NCBI RefSeq assembly: GCF_963921235.1
Contig: NC_086098.1
Span: forward strand, 5,828,001-5,892,000
Origin: Mobula hypostoma
Taxonomy: Eukaryota
DNA: 64,000 nucleotides
Reading direction: 5' to 3'
The position numbers and the translations under genes are program-made. Below are positions 24,875 to 36,557 of the stretch, piece by piece; the first letter of the stretch is position 1, and each line of letters opens with the position of its first letter. The notes under the pieces are model-generated. The model did not search any database, was not told where the DNA came from, and saw only the letters and a program-made list of their open reading frames with translations.

Positions 24875-26240
24875 TAGGGGAAGGAAATGGGCAGGCAAGG
24901 AGATATGGGGAGAGAGGGAAAAGGTGAAGGAGAGCGGGGTGTGGAGGCCATTACCAGAAGTTTGAGAAATCAATGTTCATGCCTTCAGGTCAAAGGCTAC
25001 CCAAACGGAATATAAGGTGTTGTGCCTCCAACCTAAGTGTTCCTTCATCACCACAGTGGAGGAGGCCAAGGATGGATATATCGGAATGGGAGTGGGAAGT
25101 AGAATTAAAATGGGTGGCCACTGGGAGATCCTGTTTGTTCTGGCAGATGGAGCGTTGATGCTCGGCAAAGTGGTCTCCAAATCTACATCGGCTCTCACCA
25201 ATATACAGGAGGCTAGACTGGGAGCACCGGACATAGTATATGACCCCAACAGACTCAAGGTGAAGTGTTGCCTCACCTGGAAGGACTGTTTGAGCCACTG
25301 AATGGTAGTGAGGGAGGAGGTGTAGGGGAAGGAGTAGCATTTGTTCCGTTTGCAAGGATAAGTGCCAGGAGGGAGATCAGTGGGCAGGGACAAATGGACA
25401 AGGGAGTCGTGTAGGGAGTGATCCTTGTGGAAAGCAGAAAATGGGAGGGAGGGAAATATGTGCTTGGTGGTGGGATCCTGCTGGAGATGGCAGAAGGTCC
25501 AGAGAATTATGCGCTGGATGTGGAGGCTTGTGGGGTTGTAGGTGAAGACAAGAGGAGTCCTATCCCTGGTAGTATGGCGGGAGAATGGGGTGAGAGCAGA
25601 CATGTGTGAAATGGAAGAGATGCGGCTGAGGGCAGCATTGATGGTGGAGGAACGGAAGCCCCTTTCTTTGAAAAAGGAGGACATCTCCTTCGTTCTAGAA
25701 TGAAATGCCTCATCCTGAGAGCAGATGCAGCGGAGATGGAGAAATTGAGAGAAGGGGATGCATTTTCACAAGTAACATGGCGGGAAGAGGTATAGTTCAC
25801 GCAGCTGTGAGAGTCTGTGAATTTATAATAGACATCAGTGGATAAGCTGTCTCTGGAGACAGAGGCAGTGAGATCGAGAAAGGGGAAGGAGGGGTCAGAA
25901 ATGGACCAGGTAAATTTGAGGGCAGGGTGGAAGTTGGAGGCAAAGTGGATGAAGTTAACGAGTTCCGCACAGGTGCAGGAAGCAGCACCAATGCAGTTGT
26001 TGATATAGTGTAGGAAAAGTGCGGGACGGTCACCAGTGTGGGCTTGGAACATAGACTGTACCACATAGCTGACAAACATGCAGCCAGACCCATGCAAATG
26101 CCCAAGGCTACACATTTTGTTTGAAGGAAGGGCAGGAGAGAAAGGGGAATTATTATGAGTTCCAGTTCCATTAGGCAGAGGAGAGTGGTGGTGGATGGGA
26201 ACTGATTAGGTCTGCTCTCCAGAAAAAGAACTTTGAGACC
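24875..26240 (-). mobile_element. Penelope-like element (RT plus GIY-YIG endonuclease), decayed
   Basis: GVIYYVRCSQSSLLYIGESRCRFGDHFAEH (GIY-YIG, 24990-25355). RT remnants LFLHYINNCIG...LKFTW...PFLDL...DVYYK (25507-26115). Confidence 0.88.
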
Positions 26241-26264
26241 TTCCTGGGAGGGTATCCAAAAATG

Positions 26265-26403
26265 GGCGGAAACTGGAACACCTGGAGGAAACTCATGTTG
26301 TCATGGAGAGAACATACAAACTCCTTACAGGCGGTGTCGAGAATTGAACCCAGGTTGTTGGAACCGTAGAGTGTTGTGCTAACCATTAGGCTACCGTGCC
26401 CCC
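26265..26403 (-). mobile_element. tRNA-derived V-SINE/HE1-like fragment
   Basis: Reverse complement of ggcacggtagcctaatggttagc...gggttcaattc...gtaaggagtttgtatgttctc...tttcctccaggtg. Confidence 0.65.
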
Positions 26404-26796
26404 CTTTGGAATAGGGTAAAAAGCTGGCACAACATTGCGGGCCACAGGATTTGTATTCTGCTCTTCCATGTACTATGTTTTGAGAGCATGTTTCCTCTTT
26501 TAACCTGGCTCTCATTGCCACCGGCTGTATTCCCCATTATCTACAAGAGAGCTACCCACAGTGTGGTTCCTGTAAGGGTAAAGACCTCTATCACAATTCA
26601 TTCTAAATAACCTCAGTGTATGAAGACCAGCCGTGAACCACTCTGTAATCGAACAGCGCAGCGTTAAGACATTGGCTTAACCTGTGGTTCTTCATCCGTG
26701 CTTCAATGATTTGAGGTTTCCTTCGGAGATCCTCAGAGAAGATGCTCAGAGCAGGAACTCACATTTCCCTTCGCCACAGTGAAACACTTTTAACTT

Positions 26797-27340
26797 ACAC
26801 TCAGTAAACACTTTATTAAGCATTTCCTGCTCATTATAAAATGGGCACTAAATGTATGTCTGTGGTTTTCTGCAGCTGTTACCCATCTACTTCAAATTTC
26901 AACATGTTGTGCATTCAGAGATACTCTTCTGTATATTACTGCTGTAACACATGGTTATTTGAATTACTATAGTCTTTCTGTCAGTTTGAACCATTCTGGC
27001 TATTCTCCTCTGACCTCTCTCATTAACACAGAACTGCCGCTCACTGGATTTCTTCTTTTGTCTTTCACACCATTCCCTGTAAACTCTAGTGACTGTGATG
27101 TGTGAAAATCCCAGGAGATCAGCAGCTTCTGAGATACTCAAACAACCCCGTCTGGCACCAACAATCATTCCATTGTCAAAGTCACTCAGATCACATTTCT
27201 TCCCCATTCTGATGTTTTGTCTGAACAACAATTGAACCTCTTGACCATGTCTGCGTGCTTTTATGCATCGAGTTGCAGCTACATGATTGGCTGATTCGAT
27301 ATTAGGATTAATGAGCAGGTGTACAGGTGTACTTAATAAA
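26797..27340 (-). mobile_element. Non-autonomous Tc1-like element (HTH remnant)
   Basis: ORF 26899-27231 (MGKKCDLSDFDNGMIVGARRGCLSISEAADLLGFS). TIR-like TACACTCAGT...CACTTTATTA. Second copy at 58856-59403. Confidence 0.8.
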
Positions 27341-27870
27341 TAAATTTGGGTTAATTCTATTCCCTGGCATTTGCCTCTGAGTGCATGTTGGATTGGGGTG
27401 TAGAATTTTTATTTTTTGTGTAGCTTAATTTCCCCATGCTTGCTTGTATTTTTATATTACCACCCATATGCATGTAAATATTCAGTCCATTTTCCAGTGG
27501 TTACGGTACAGTTACTTCTACTTTTTTTTGGAACTTCTTAGTTTTCAGTAGCAGGTGGCACGCCAGTTGAATCTGGCTATTTTATGGGTTAATTCTATTC
27601 CCTGGCATTTGCTGTAATCTCTACTCTGTATCAGATGATCATGACTACATTTCAGTCTGCTCTTTTTTTTGTTCTCTCGACAGTTCTTCTTGTTCTTGCT
27701 CTTATGACATTTAGTAAAGCAATGTAAGCAACACATTTTATGCCTCATTCTTGATTTCTGAAGAACTTAGATCACAGAAGTATCAGGATCCAATACTTAG
27801 TTATATGGAATAAAAAATCTTCTTAAGTTTTTTGAAATACATATTCTTCCTCTAAACCAATGTTTAAGAT

Positions 27871-28497
27871 AATAGACAATAGACAATAGGTGCAGGAGTA
27901 GGCCATTCGGCCCTTCGAGCCAGCACCGCCGTTCACTGTGATCATGGCTGATCATGCACAATCAGTATCCAGTTCCTGCCTTATCCCCGTAACCTTTGAT
28001 TCCTCTATCTTTAAGAGCTCTATCCATCTCTTTCTTGAAAGCATCCGGAGACTTGGCCTCCACTGCCTTCTGGAGCAGAGCATTCCACATATCCACCACT
28101 CTCTGGGTGAAAAAGTTTTTCCTCAACTCAGTTCTAAATGGCCTACCCCTTATTCTTAAACTGTGGCCTCTGGTTCTGGACTCACCCATCAGCGGGAACA
28201 TGCTTCCTGCCTCCAGCGTGTCCAATCCCTTAATAATCTTATATGTTTCAATAAGATCCCCTCTCAGCCTTCTAAATTCCAGAGTATACAAGCCCAGTCG
28301 CTCCAATCTTTCGACATATGACAGTCCCGCCATCCCAGGAATTAACCTTGTGAACCTACACTGCACTCCTTCAGTAGCAAGAATGTCCTTCCTCAAATTT
28401 GGAGACCAAAACTGCACACAGTACTCCAGGTGTGGTTTCACCAGGGCCCTGTACAGCTGCAGAAGGACCTCTTTTTTTTTATACTCAATTCCCTTTG
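27871..28497 (-). mobile_element. Young 5'-truncated CR1
   Basis: ORF 27962-28561. Near-identical to 16569-17200. Confidence 0.9.
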
Positions 28498-29281
28498 TGA
28501 AGGTGAAGCACAGTGATGACTTTCTGGTAGAAAATAAAACAAAATTCACTGTATTAATCATACTTTTTCTTGGATATAATCACTGTAATCTGTAACTTCT
28601 TTTTTGGAATTGAGCTTTTGAACCGCCAGTACGAACTGGCATTTGTGCGGTGTGACCCCTGAAGTCTTGAAGGTGCAGGTTGGATACGGTGTGGTCCAAG
28701 GACAAGGAGGTGGAGCCAATATTTGGCTACTGCTGGAGTGGAGTTGGAGGCGATTTGATATGGCCAAGCGAGTAGGGGTGACATAGTGTCAAGGCGGCGG
28801 GGCCTGAGCCTGGGCTGGAGAGTGAGAAAAGACCCAAGATTTGATCAGTTTGAGTTGAATCAAAGTGGCAAGGCCGGGGCCCGAGAGCGTATGGAAGTGG
28901 CAGGGCCTAGGTCTGAAAGTGTGGAATGACCCGGAGTTTGGATTATTTAAGCACCAGGCTAGATTGAAAAGGTGAAGGAGGAGCCAGTGTTCGGCTCACT
29001 GCTCCGTGAGGTTGACTTGTCTTTGTGTTGAACTGTGGAAGCGTCCTGCAGCTGATAGGCTCCTGGATTGGTTACAGGGATGACCAGCTCTGTGGCTGTG
29101 GACTCACTTTCATGATCTTCAGTTCTGAATGGTATTTGCTTACTTTTATTGTTAGAGCAATTTGTTTTTTATCTGCACATTGGGTGTTTGACAGTATTCT
29201 TTAAAAACGGGTTCTGTTGGGTTTCTTTTGTTTTAAGGAGACAAGGTTGCATACTTTGATAATAAATGTACTTTGAATTTT

Positions 29282-30254
29282 AAAAACACAAACATGAGGA
29301 AATCTGCAGGTGCTGGAATTTCAAGCAACACACATAAAAGTTGCTGGTGAACGCAGCAGGCCAGGCAGCATCTATAGGAAGATGTACAGTTGATATTTCG
29401 GGCTGAGACCCTTCGTCAGGACTGACTGAAAGAAGAGATAGTAAGAAATTTGAAAGTGGGAGGGGGAGAGGGAGATCCGAAATTATAGGAGAAGACAGGA
29501 GGGGAAGGGATGGAGCCAAGAGCTGGAAAGTTGATTGGCAAAAGGGATATGAGGCTGGAGAAGGGAGAGGATCGTGGGATGGGAGGCCTAGGGAGAAAGA
29601 AAGGGGGAGGGGGAAACCCAGAAGATGGGCAAGGAGTATCGTGGAGGGACAGAGGGAGAAAAAGGAGAGAGAAAAAAATTAATAATAATAAATAAATAAA
29701 TAAATAATAGATGGGGTACGAGGGGGAGGTGGGGCATTAACAGAAGTTAGAGAAGTAATTGTTAATGCCATCAGATTGAAAGCTACCCAGACAGAATATA
29801 AGGTGTTGTTCCCTCCAACCTGAGTGTAGCTTCATCTTTACAGTAGAGGAGGCCATGGATAGACATATCAGAATGGGAATGGGATGTGGAATTAAAATGT
29901 GTGGCCACCGGGAGATCTTGCTTTCTCTGGCGGACAGAGTGTAGGTGTTCAGCTAAACGGTCTCCCAGCCTGCATCAGGTCTCGCCAATATATAGAAGGC
30001 TGCATCTGGAGCACCGGATGCAGTATATCACCCCAGCCGACTCACACCCCTTTTGCTAATCAACTTTCCAGCTCTTGGCTCCATCCCTTCCCCTCCTGTC
30101 TTCTCCTATAATTTCGGATCTCCCTCTCCCCCTCCCACTTTGAAATCTCTTACTATCTCTTCTTTCAGTTAGTCCTGACGAAGGGTCTCGGCCCAAAATG
30201 TCTTCCTATAGATACTGCCTAGCCTGCTGTGTTCACCAGCAATTTTAATGTGTG
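29282..30254 (-). mobile_element. Penelope-like fold-back insertion with inverted pseudo-LTRs
   Basis: Inverted arms at about 29329-29546 and 30048-30254 surround a PLE 3' end (GIY-YIG C-terminus, homologous to 24960-25260). 14-bp direct repeat GTACTTTGAATTTT at 29268-29281 and 30255-30268. Confidence 0.85.
29387..29424 (-). ncRNA. Minimal type I hammerhead ribozyme motif (PLE-associated)
   Basis: Minus strand reads CAGTC-CTGACGA-AGGGTCTCAGCCC-GAAA-TATC-AACTG. Core CUGANGA and GAAA are intact. Stem I/III show CpG-type decay. Confidence 0.7.
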
Positions 30255-31020
30255 GTACTTTGAATTTTCCTTGTTTAAACTCCTGAATGTGGGATTCTTT
30301 GAAGTAGCAAGTCAAGCTTCCTCTCTGTGGAATTATGTTGACTAGAGGCCACGACCTCAGCTGGCTGTTCTCATTACACCTCAAACGACGAAAAGACCCA
30401 TCCACTAACCACCGCCAGTTTACTCTTAAACACGAGACAATCTGCAGATGCTGGAAATCCAAAGGAACGCACACAAAATGCTGGAGGAACTCAGCAGGTC
30501 AGGCTGCATCTTTGGAAATGAATGAACAGCTGACAATTCAGGCCATCACCCTTCATCAGAATTACTCTTGTTCACACTGCATGGAAATATGTGAATCCCA
30601 GATTGACCTCTACAGGCACCTGATGACCAATTGATAGACAGCCCGTTAGGAGAGCATCGTACTCAACACGAGTGATCACACTTTTATTACGATTCAATTG
30701 TGTTGATCTCCAGCACAGGAAACCCAGGCAGTAACAACAGAGCTGTTTGCTCTGCTTCTCATCTGTTAAGCTAAAAAGGAATCTGCCTCAGATGGGCGTG
30801 AAGAACATGTTTTAAGAATGTATTCACCCTCAGGCAAATGCTCATAGAGTTTTGTATTTTATCCACCACGTTTCTCATGAAGGGAGTTCAGAAAACAATT
30901 CTGGATGGTAGAATTTTTACTTTGATTTTAATTTTTGAATCTATGCTGGTTTATATTTTCAAAATGATGTAATTAGCATTTCAAGCAACCTGTCTATTCA
31001 AAGTACAATTCCGATTGAGA

Positions 31021-31330
31021 GGCACAGTGGTGCAGTGGTTAACACAATGCTTTACAGTACCAGCACCTCAAATTTAAGTCTCTCCACTGCCTGTAAGGAA
31101 TTTATATGTTCTACCTGTGACCATGTGGGTTTCCTCTGGGTGCTCCAGTTTCCTCCCATAGTCCAAAGACGTACCAGTTGGTCGGTTAAGTGATCATTGT
31201 AAATTGTCCTGTGATTAGGCTAGTATTAAACTGTGTGTGTGTGTGTTGGGGGCGGGTGGGCAGTGTTTACTGGGCAGAGTGGCCTGAAGGTCTGGTAAGG
31301 TCTATTCCGCACTGTCTCTCAATAAACAAA
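31021..31330 (+). mobile_element. V-SINE/HE1-like SINE
   Basis: tRNA-like head GGCACAGTGGTGCAGTGGTTA and central V-domain GTGGGTTTCCTCTGGGTGCTCCAGTTTCCTCCCA. Confidence 0.8.
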
Positions 31331-31433
31331 TCAGGTCCTTCTCCTTGATGCTGTCGATGGATGGAGCCGGAACAAGGGTTAATCGACACACATTGTAAAT
31401 TTGGACACTCATTCAATTTTTATGTCAAGTTGT

Positions 31434-31686
31434 CACACAGAGAGTGGTGGGAGTGTGGAATGAGCTGCCAGACGAGGTGGTAAATGCGGGTTCTTTTTTA
31501 ATATTTAAGAATAAATTGGACAGATACATGGATGGGAGGTGTATGGAGGGATATGGTTAGTGGGACTAGGTAGAAAATGGTTTGGCACAGCCAAGAAGGG
31601 CCAAATGGCCTGTTTCTGTGCTGTAGTTTCTATGGTTTCTATGGTTCTATGGTTTCTATGGTTTCGATGGTTTCTATGGTTTTCTA
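31434..31686 (+). mobile_element. CR1 3' end with long (TTTCTATGG)n tail
   Basis: Near-identical to 15652-15880. Confidence 0.88.
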
Positions 31687-32726
31687 AGTTCTAGTTCTGG
31701 TTGCTCCTTTTGTTGCTATTTTTGGGTGATTTTTGAGTCAAAGTGTTTGGCAGATAATGAACACCGAGCTGAACAATACTGAAATATGCTTTTTGAATTT
31801 ATGTTTTTTATTCTGTGTTTCCGGTCTTTTTTTGCTTGCTGTTGGCACGTTTTTTTGCACATGGGGGAGAGGAGTGGTTTGATGTTTGATGTTTTTTGAA
31901 CGGGCTAGTTCCATGGTTCTTCTTTGCTTCATGGCCGTCTGTGGGGAAAATGAATCTCAGGGTTGTATTGTGCATACATACTTTGATAATAAATGTACTT
32001 TGAATCTTTGAATCTTTGAAATAAAGAATTATGTAACTGTTACTCTTCTTCCTGCAGCCACAGACAACTCTCCAACATCTAATTATATTACTATTAATCA
32101 ATATAACTCCAGTTTTGTTTTGGCACCCTACATTGTAAAGGTCTTGCAAGACAAATATGATGGGTATAGTTAATGGCTGTCAAAATGAGCATATTAAACA
32201 AATATGCAAAACAGAATTGTACAGCTAGATGATTCTGCAGGCTCATTCACAAGGTTATAGAGTGCATTTGTACAAAATTACTCTCTACCATTTTAATAGA
32301 GGTGTTAACCTGGATTATATTTCAAATGAAGTACAGAAGAGAAATAGTTAATATAAATGAGGTTCGTTTTCATATTGTCAGGTTGCCAATCATAATTCCA
32401 ATTCATATCATTTCTCACAGATGAGCAGACTGCACGTTTGTATTAATGTTCAAAATGAAATTCTATGCTGACTGCAATACTAATGCGTAATGGTGGCCCG
32501 CTGAAGAAAATTGTCTCACAACACTCAAATATATGTGAGCTATTAGATTGCTCTTTCTTCATATTGTTCAATCATTTTGGAAGGCTTAATTTGCAATAAG
32601 AGGCAGAAAAACACGTGTATCGAAAAGCAAATATTGCAGATGCTGGAAATCTGAAATTTTAAAAGGTGTAAATTCTTGCCAGGTTGGACAAAATCTGTGG
32701 CAAAGGAAGCAAGGAGATGAGCTGGG

Positions 32727-33060
32727 GTAGCACGGTAGCTTAGAGACGAGCGCAGTGCCACTGCTGCACCAGTGACCCAGGTTCAGCTCCTCTCGTTGTC
32801 TGTAAGGAGTTTGTATGCGTGGACCTGTTGTACTCTGCGAACCCTTGGGTTTCTGCAGGTTTTCCCACATCCTAAAGTGTGCAGGTTGGGATGAGGACTA
32901 GCATATCCTGGGCATGGCATGCTGGCGTGGGTCCCATGATGACACTTACGGGCGGCCCCCAGCGCAATCCTCAGACTCCGTTGGTCATCGATGCAAAATG
33001 ACGCATTTCACTTTAGGTTTCAATGTTTCAATGTACGTGTGACACATAACTCTAATCTTT
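32727..33060 (+). mobile_element. V-SINE-like SINE
   Basis: tRNA-like head, then gtaaggagtttgtatg...ttttcccacatcctaaag. 3' part is shared with 41369-41690. Confidence 0.65.
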
Positions 33061-33070
33061 GAAAAAGATT

Positions 33071-33987
33071 AGCTGTGTACTAAGTCCCCTCCTGTATTCC
33101 CTGTATGCCCATGACTGTGTCGCCACCCACAGCTCTAATCTGCTAATTAAATTTGTCAATAACACTACATTGATTGGTCTAATCTCAAACAATAACAAGG
33201 TGACCAACAGAGAAGAAGTCATCTCTCTGACACAGTGGTGTCAAGAAAACAACCTCTCCCTCAATGTCACAAAAACAAAGGAGCTGGTTGTGGGCTACAG
33301 GAGGAATGGAGACAGACTCACCCCTATTGACATCAATGGATCTGGGGTTGAGAGGGTGAACAGCTTTAAAATCCTCGGCATACACATCACCAAGGAACTC
33401 ATGGTCTCTACATACCTGGTGTGTGGTGAAAAAGGCACAACAGCGCCTCTTTCACCTCAGATGGTTGAGGAAGTTTGGTATGGGCCCCCAAATCCTAAGG
33501 ACTTTCTACAGGGGCACAATTGAGAGCATCCTGACTGGCTGCATCACTGCCTGGTGTGGGAACTGTACTTCACTCAATCGCAGGATTCTGCAGAGAGTGG
33601 TGCGGACAGCCCAGCACATCTGTAGATGTGAACTTCCCACTATTCAGGACATTTGCAAAGACAGGTGTGAAAAAAGGGCCCGTAGGATCACTGGGGACCC
33701 AAATCACCCCAACCACAATCTATTCCAGCTGCTACCATCTGGGAAATGGTACCACAGCATAAAAACCAGGACCAACGGGGTCCGGGACAGCTTCTTCCAC
33801 CAGGCCATCAGACTGATTAACTCATGCTGATTTGAGTGTATTTCTATGTTACATTGACTGTTCTATTTATTATAAATTATTATAAATTACTATAAATTGC
33901 ACATTTAGATGGAGATGCAACGTAAAGATTTTTACTCCTCATTTACAGTATGTGAAAGATATAAGAAATAAAGTCAATTCAATTCAA
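33071..33987 (+). mobile_element. Rex1/Babar-like LINE RT 3' fragment
   Basis: CVLSPLLYSLYAHDC...KTKELVV and KKAQQRLFHLRWLRKF...TIESILTGCITAW. (AATTC)n tail. Confidence 0.85.
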
Positions 33988-34314
33988 TGCAGATTTATCT
34001 ACCGTATATAAAGTAGTTCATTTGTTAATGAAAATATGGCAGTTATATTTTTTGGCATTTTATCACAGGAACATTAGTTACATTAATAACTAAATGTGTG
34101 TAATTTCCCCTGGATACCTGGCAGTGCTCAGACATACAGAACAAACTGTCAACAGGAGTCACAGGTATACGAAGTAGCAGATACCTGCAATAAAATTCCA
34201 GAGGAGATTGAGAATCAGAATTAGGTTTAGTATCACTGGTATAGGTCATGAAATTTGTTGTTATGTGACAGGAGTACATTACAATATATAATAATAAAAA
34301 AACTATAAATTACA

Positions 34315-35416
34315 TGTAATGCGCTGTAAGGTTTCATTGCTAATGTAATGGCCTCCCTGTAATGTTTCACTGCTAAGGTAATGATTTCTCTGTAGCTCTG
34401 ATGCTGACGATGCTGAGGATGTTCTACGAGTCTGTGGTGGCTAGTGCTATCATGTTTGCTGTTGTGTGCTGGGGCAGCAGGCTGAGGGTAGCAGACACCA
34501 ACAGAATCAACAAACTCATTCGTAAGGCCAGTGATGTTGTGGGGATGGAACTGGACTCTCTGACGGTGGTGTTTGAAAAGAGGATGCTGTCCAAGTTGCA
34601 TGCCATCTTGGACAATGTCTCCCATCCACTACATAATGTACTGGGTGGGCACAGGAGTACATTCAACCAGAGACTCATTCCACCGAGATGCAACACAGAG
34701 CGTCATAGGAAATCATTCCTGCCTGTGGCCATCAAATTTTACAACTCCTCCCTTGGAGGATCAGACACCCTGAGCCCATAGGCTGGTCCTGGACTTACTT
34801 CATAATTTACTGGCATAATTTACATATTACTATTTAACTATTTATGGTTCTATTACTATTTATTATTTATGGTGCAACTATAACAAAAACCAATTTCCCC
34901 CGGGATCAATAAAGTATGACTATGACTATGACTATGTAATGTTTAGGTTATGACTAGAGATAACAGGGGCTTTGGAATGTATGTTAGCCAAATGAGAGGC
35001 ATGTTGTTCTTTCTTGTGGGTCTTTTGTCAGCGACAGATGAAGAGAGAAGACGCAAATGGAAAGAATTGGTAGGAGGCCGGACGGAGTGGACTCGGAGCG
35101 AGGGTCCGACAGTCAGCTACACTCGGAGGAGGTCGATGGGAGTTGAATGGATGATTCTGTGAGCTCCAACGTGCACATTAGACATTTTCATTAAAAATGT
35201 TCTTTTTCTTTTTATTTTCTTTGCTAACCCTATAGTCAGATTAAGATTTATAAAGTTCAATTGTTTAATTACACACGGTGTACTGTCTGATGTTTTGCGG
35301 TTCGGATTTGTAACCGGGCAACACATCACACAGCATCCACACAAACGAGATTTCTCAGTTTTGCTGGGCCAGAGGCTGTCTTACCCTATGTATGCTGGTC
35401 GATCCTCAGGGTTACA
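34315..35416 (+). mobile_element. Probable solo LTR (with a nested Rex1 copy)
   Basis: TGTAA...TTACA ends. Shares motifs with the solo LTR at 22989-23617 (agctccaac; tagtc..taagattta.aaag). TSD is unclear. Confidence 0.55.
34401..34934 (+). mobile_element. Young Rex1-like LINE 3' fragment, (TATGAC)n tail
   Basis: ORF 34401-34781. Near-identical to 54686-55219. Confidence 0.88.
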
Positions 35417-36001
35417 TGCGGTAAATATATATAAAATTAAAATGTTAAATTAAGCAAGAAGTTCAAAAAGAGAGAAAACAATATTGAGGTAGCGTTCCTG
35501 GTTCATTGTCCATTCCGAATGCCCGGTAGGCGGCAGGAGCAGAGCGCAGCTATGGTGTTTCTCATAGGTCAGCGACGCTTGCTTAAAAGGAGAGCCTTGC
35601 AGGCCCTCAGGCTCATTCCGGCCGCCCGGTCAGAGGCAGGAGCAGGCCACGGTGATGAGGTTTCTCACAGATCAGCAACACTTGTTGAAAGTCCAGAAGG
35701 AACAAGGGGCAACCATAGCAGGGAGAGTGGGAGTGTCAGGTTTCAGCTCCAAGGAGGTCTTAGCTCTGGCTAAGGTTCTGTTACGGGTCCCTTTTTTCCT
35801 CCTACTGTTTCTAGTGTACTAAAATGACTGTTGTGTGTTCCTCATGCTGGATGTTGGACTCCTGGGAAACACAGAGTCTCCCAGGGAACTACATCTACGT
35901 GAAGTGCGTCTGGCTGCAGCTCCTTGAAGGCCATGTTCTGGGGGTGGTACCACCTGTTCAAAAGTGACGGGTTGCACCTGAACCCGACGGGAACCAATAT
36001 T

Positions 36002-36557
36002 AGACCATAAGACCATAAGACATAGATGCAGAATAAGACCATCTGGCCCATCAAAGCCGCTCCGCCATTCTATCATGGCTGATTCTTTTTTCTATCTCCT
36101 CCTCAACTCCAGTTCCTGGCCGTCTCCCTGTAACCTTTGATGCCATGTCCAGTCAAGAACCTATCAATCTCTGCCTTAAATACATCCAATAACCTGGCCT
36201 CCACAGCTGCATGTGGCAATAAATTCCACACCCTCTGGCTAAAGAAATTTCTCCTCATCTCTGTTTTGAAATGGCACCCCTCTATTCTGAGGCTGTGTCC
36301 GCTTGCTCTAGACTCCCCCACCATAGGAAACATCCTTTCCACATCTACTCTCTCTAGGCCTTTCAACTTTTGAAAGGTTTCAATGAGATCCCCCCTCATC
36401 CTTCTGAATTCCAGTGAGTACAGACCCAGGGCCATCAAACGCTTCTTGTATGATAACCCTTTAATTCCTGGGATCATCCTTGTGAACCTCCTCTGGATGC
36501 TCTCCAATGCCAGCACATCTTTTCTAAGATGAGGGGCCTAAAACTGTTCACAATACA
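36002..36557 (-). mobile_element. Nested 5'-truncated CR1
   Basis: ORF 36103-36516. (TCTTATGG)n tail at 36002. Confidence 0.88.

Noticed and set aside
16694..28595. Plus-strand ORFs 16694-17122 and 27996-28595 as duplicated host genes
   Set aside because: They are antisense to CR1 ORF2 in two near-identical LINE copies.
31021..31090. tRNA gene
   Set aside because: It is a degenerate tRNA-like head attached to a SINE V-domain and does not form a cloverleaf.
31625..31686. Short tandem arrays (TTTCTATGG)n, (TATGAC)n and (CTATTGT)n as possible CRISPR or telomeric repeats
   Set aside because: There are no spacers. They sit exactly at LINE 3' ends and are ordinary CR1/Rex tails.
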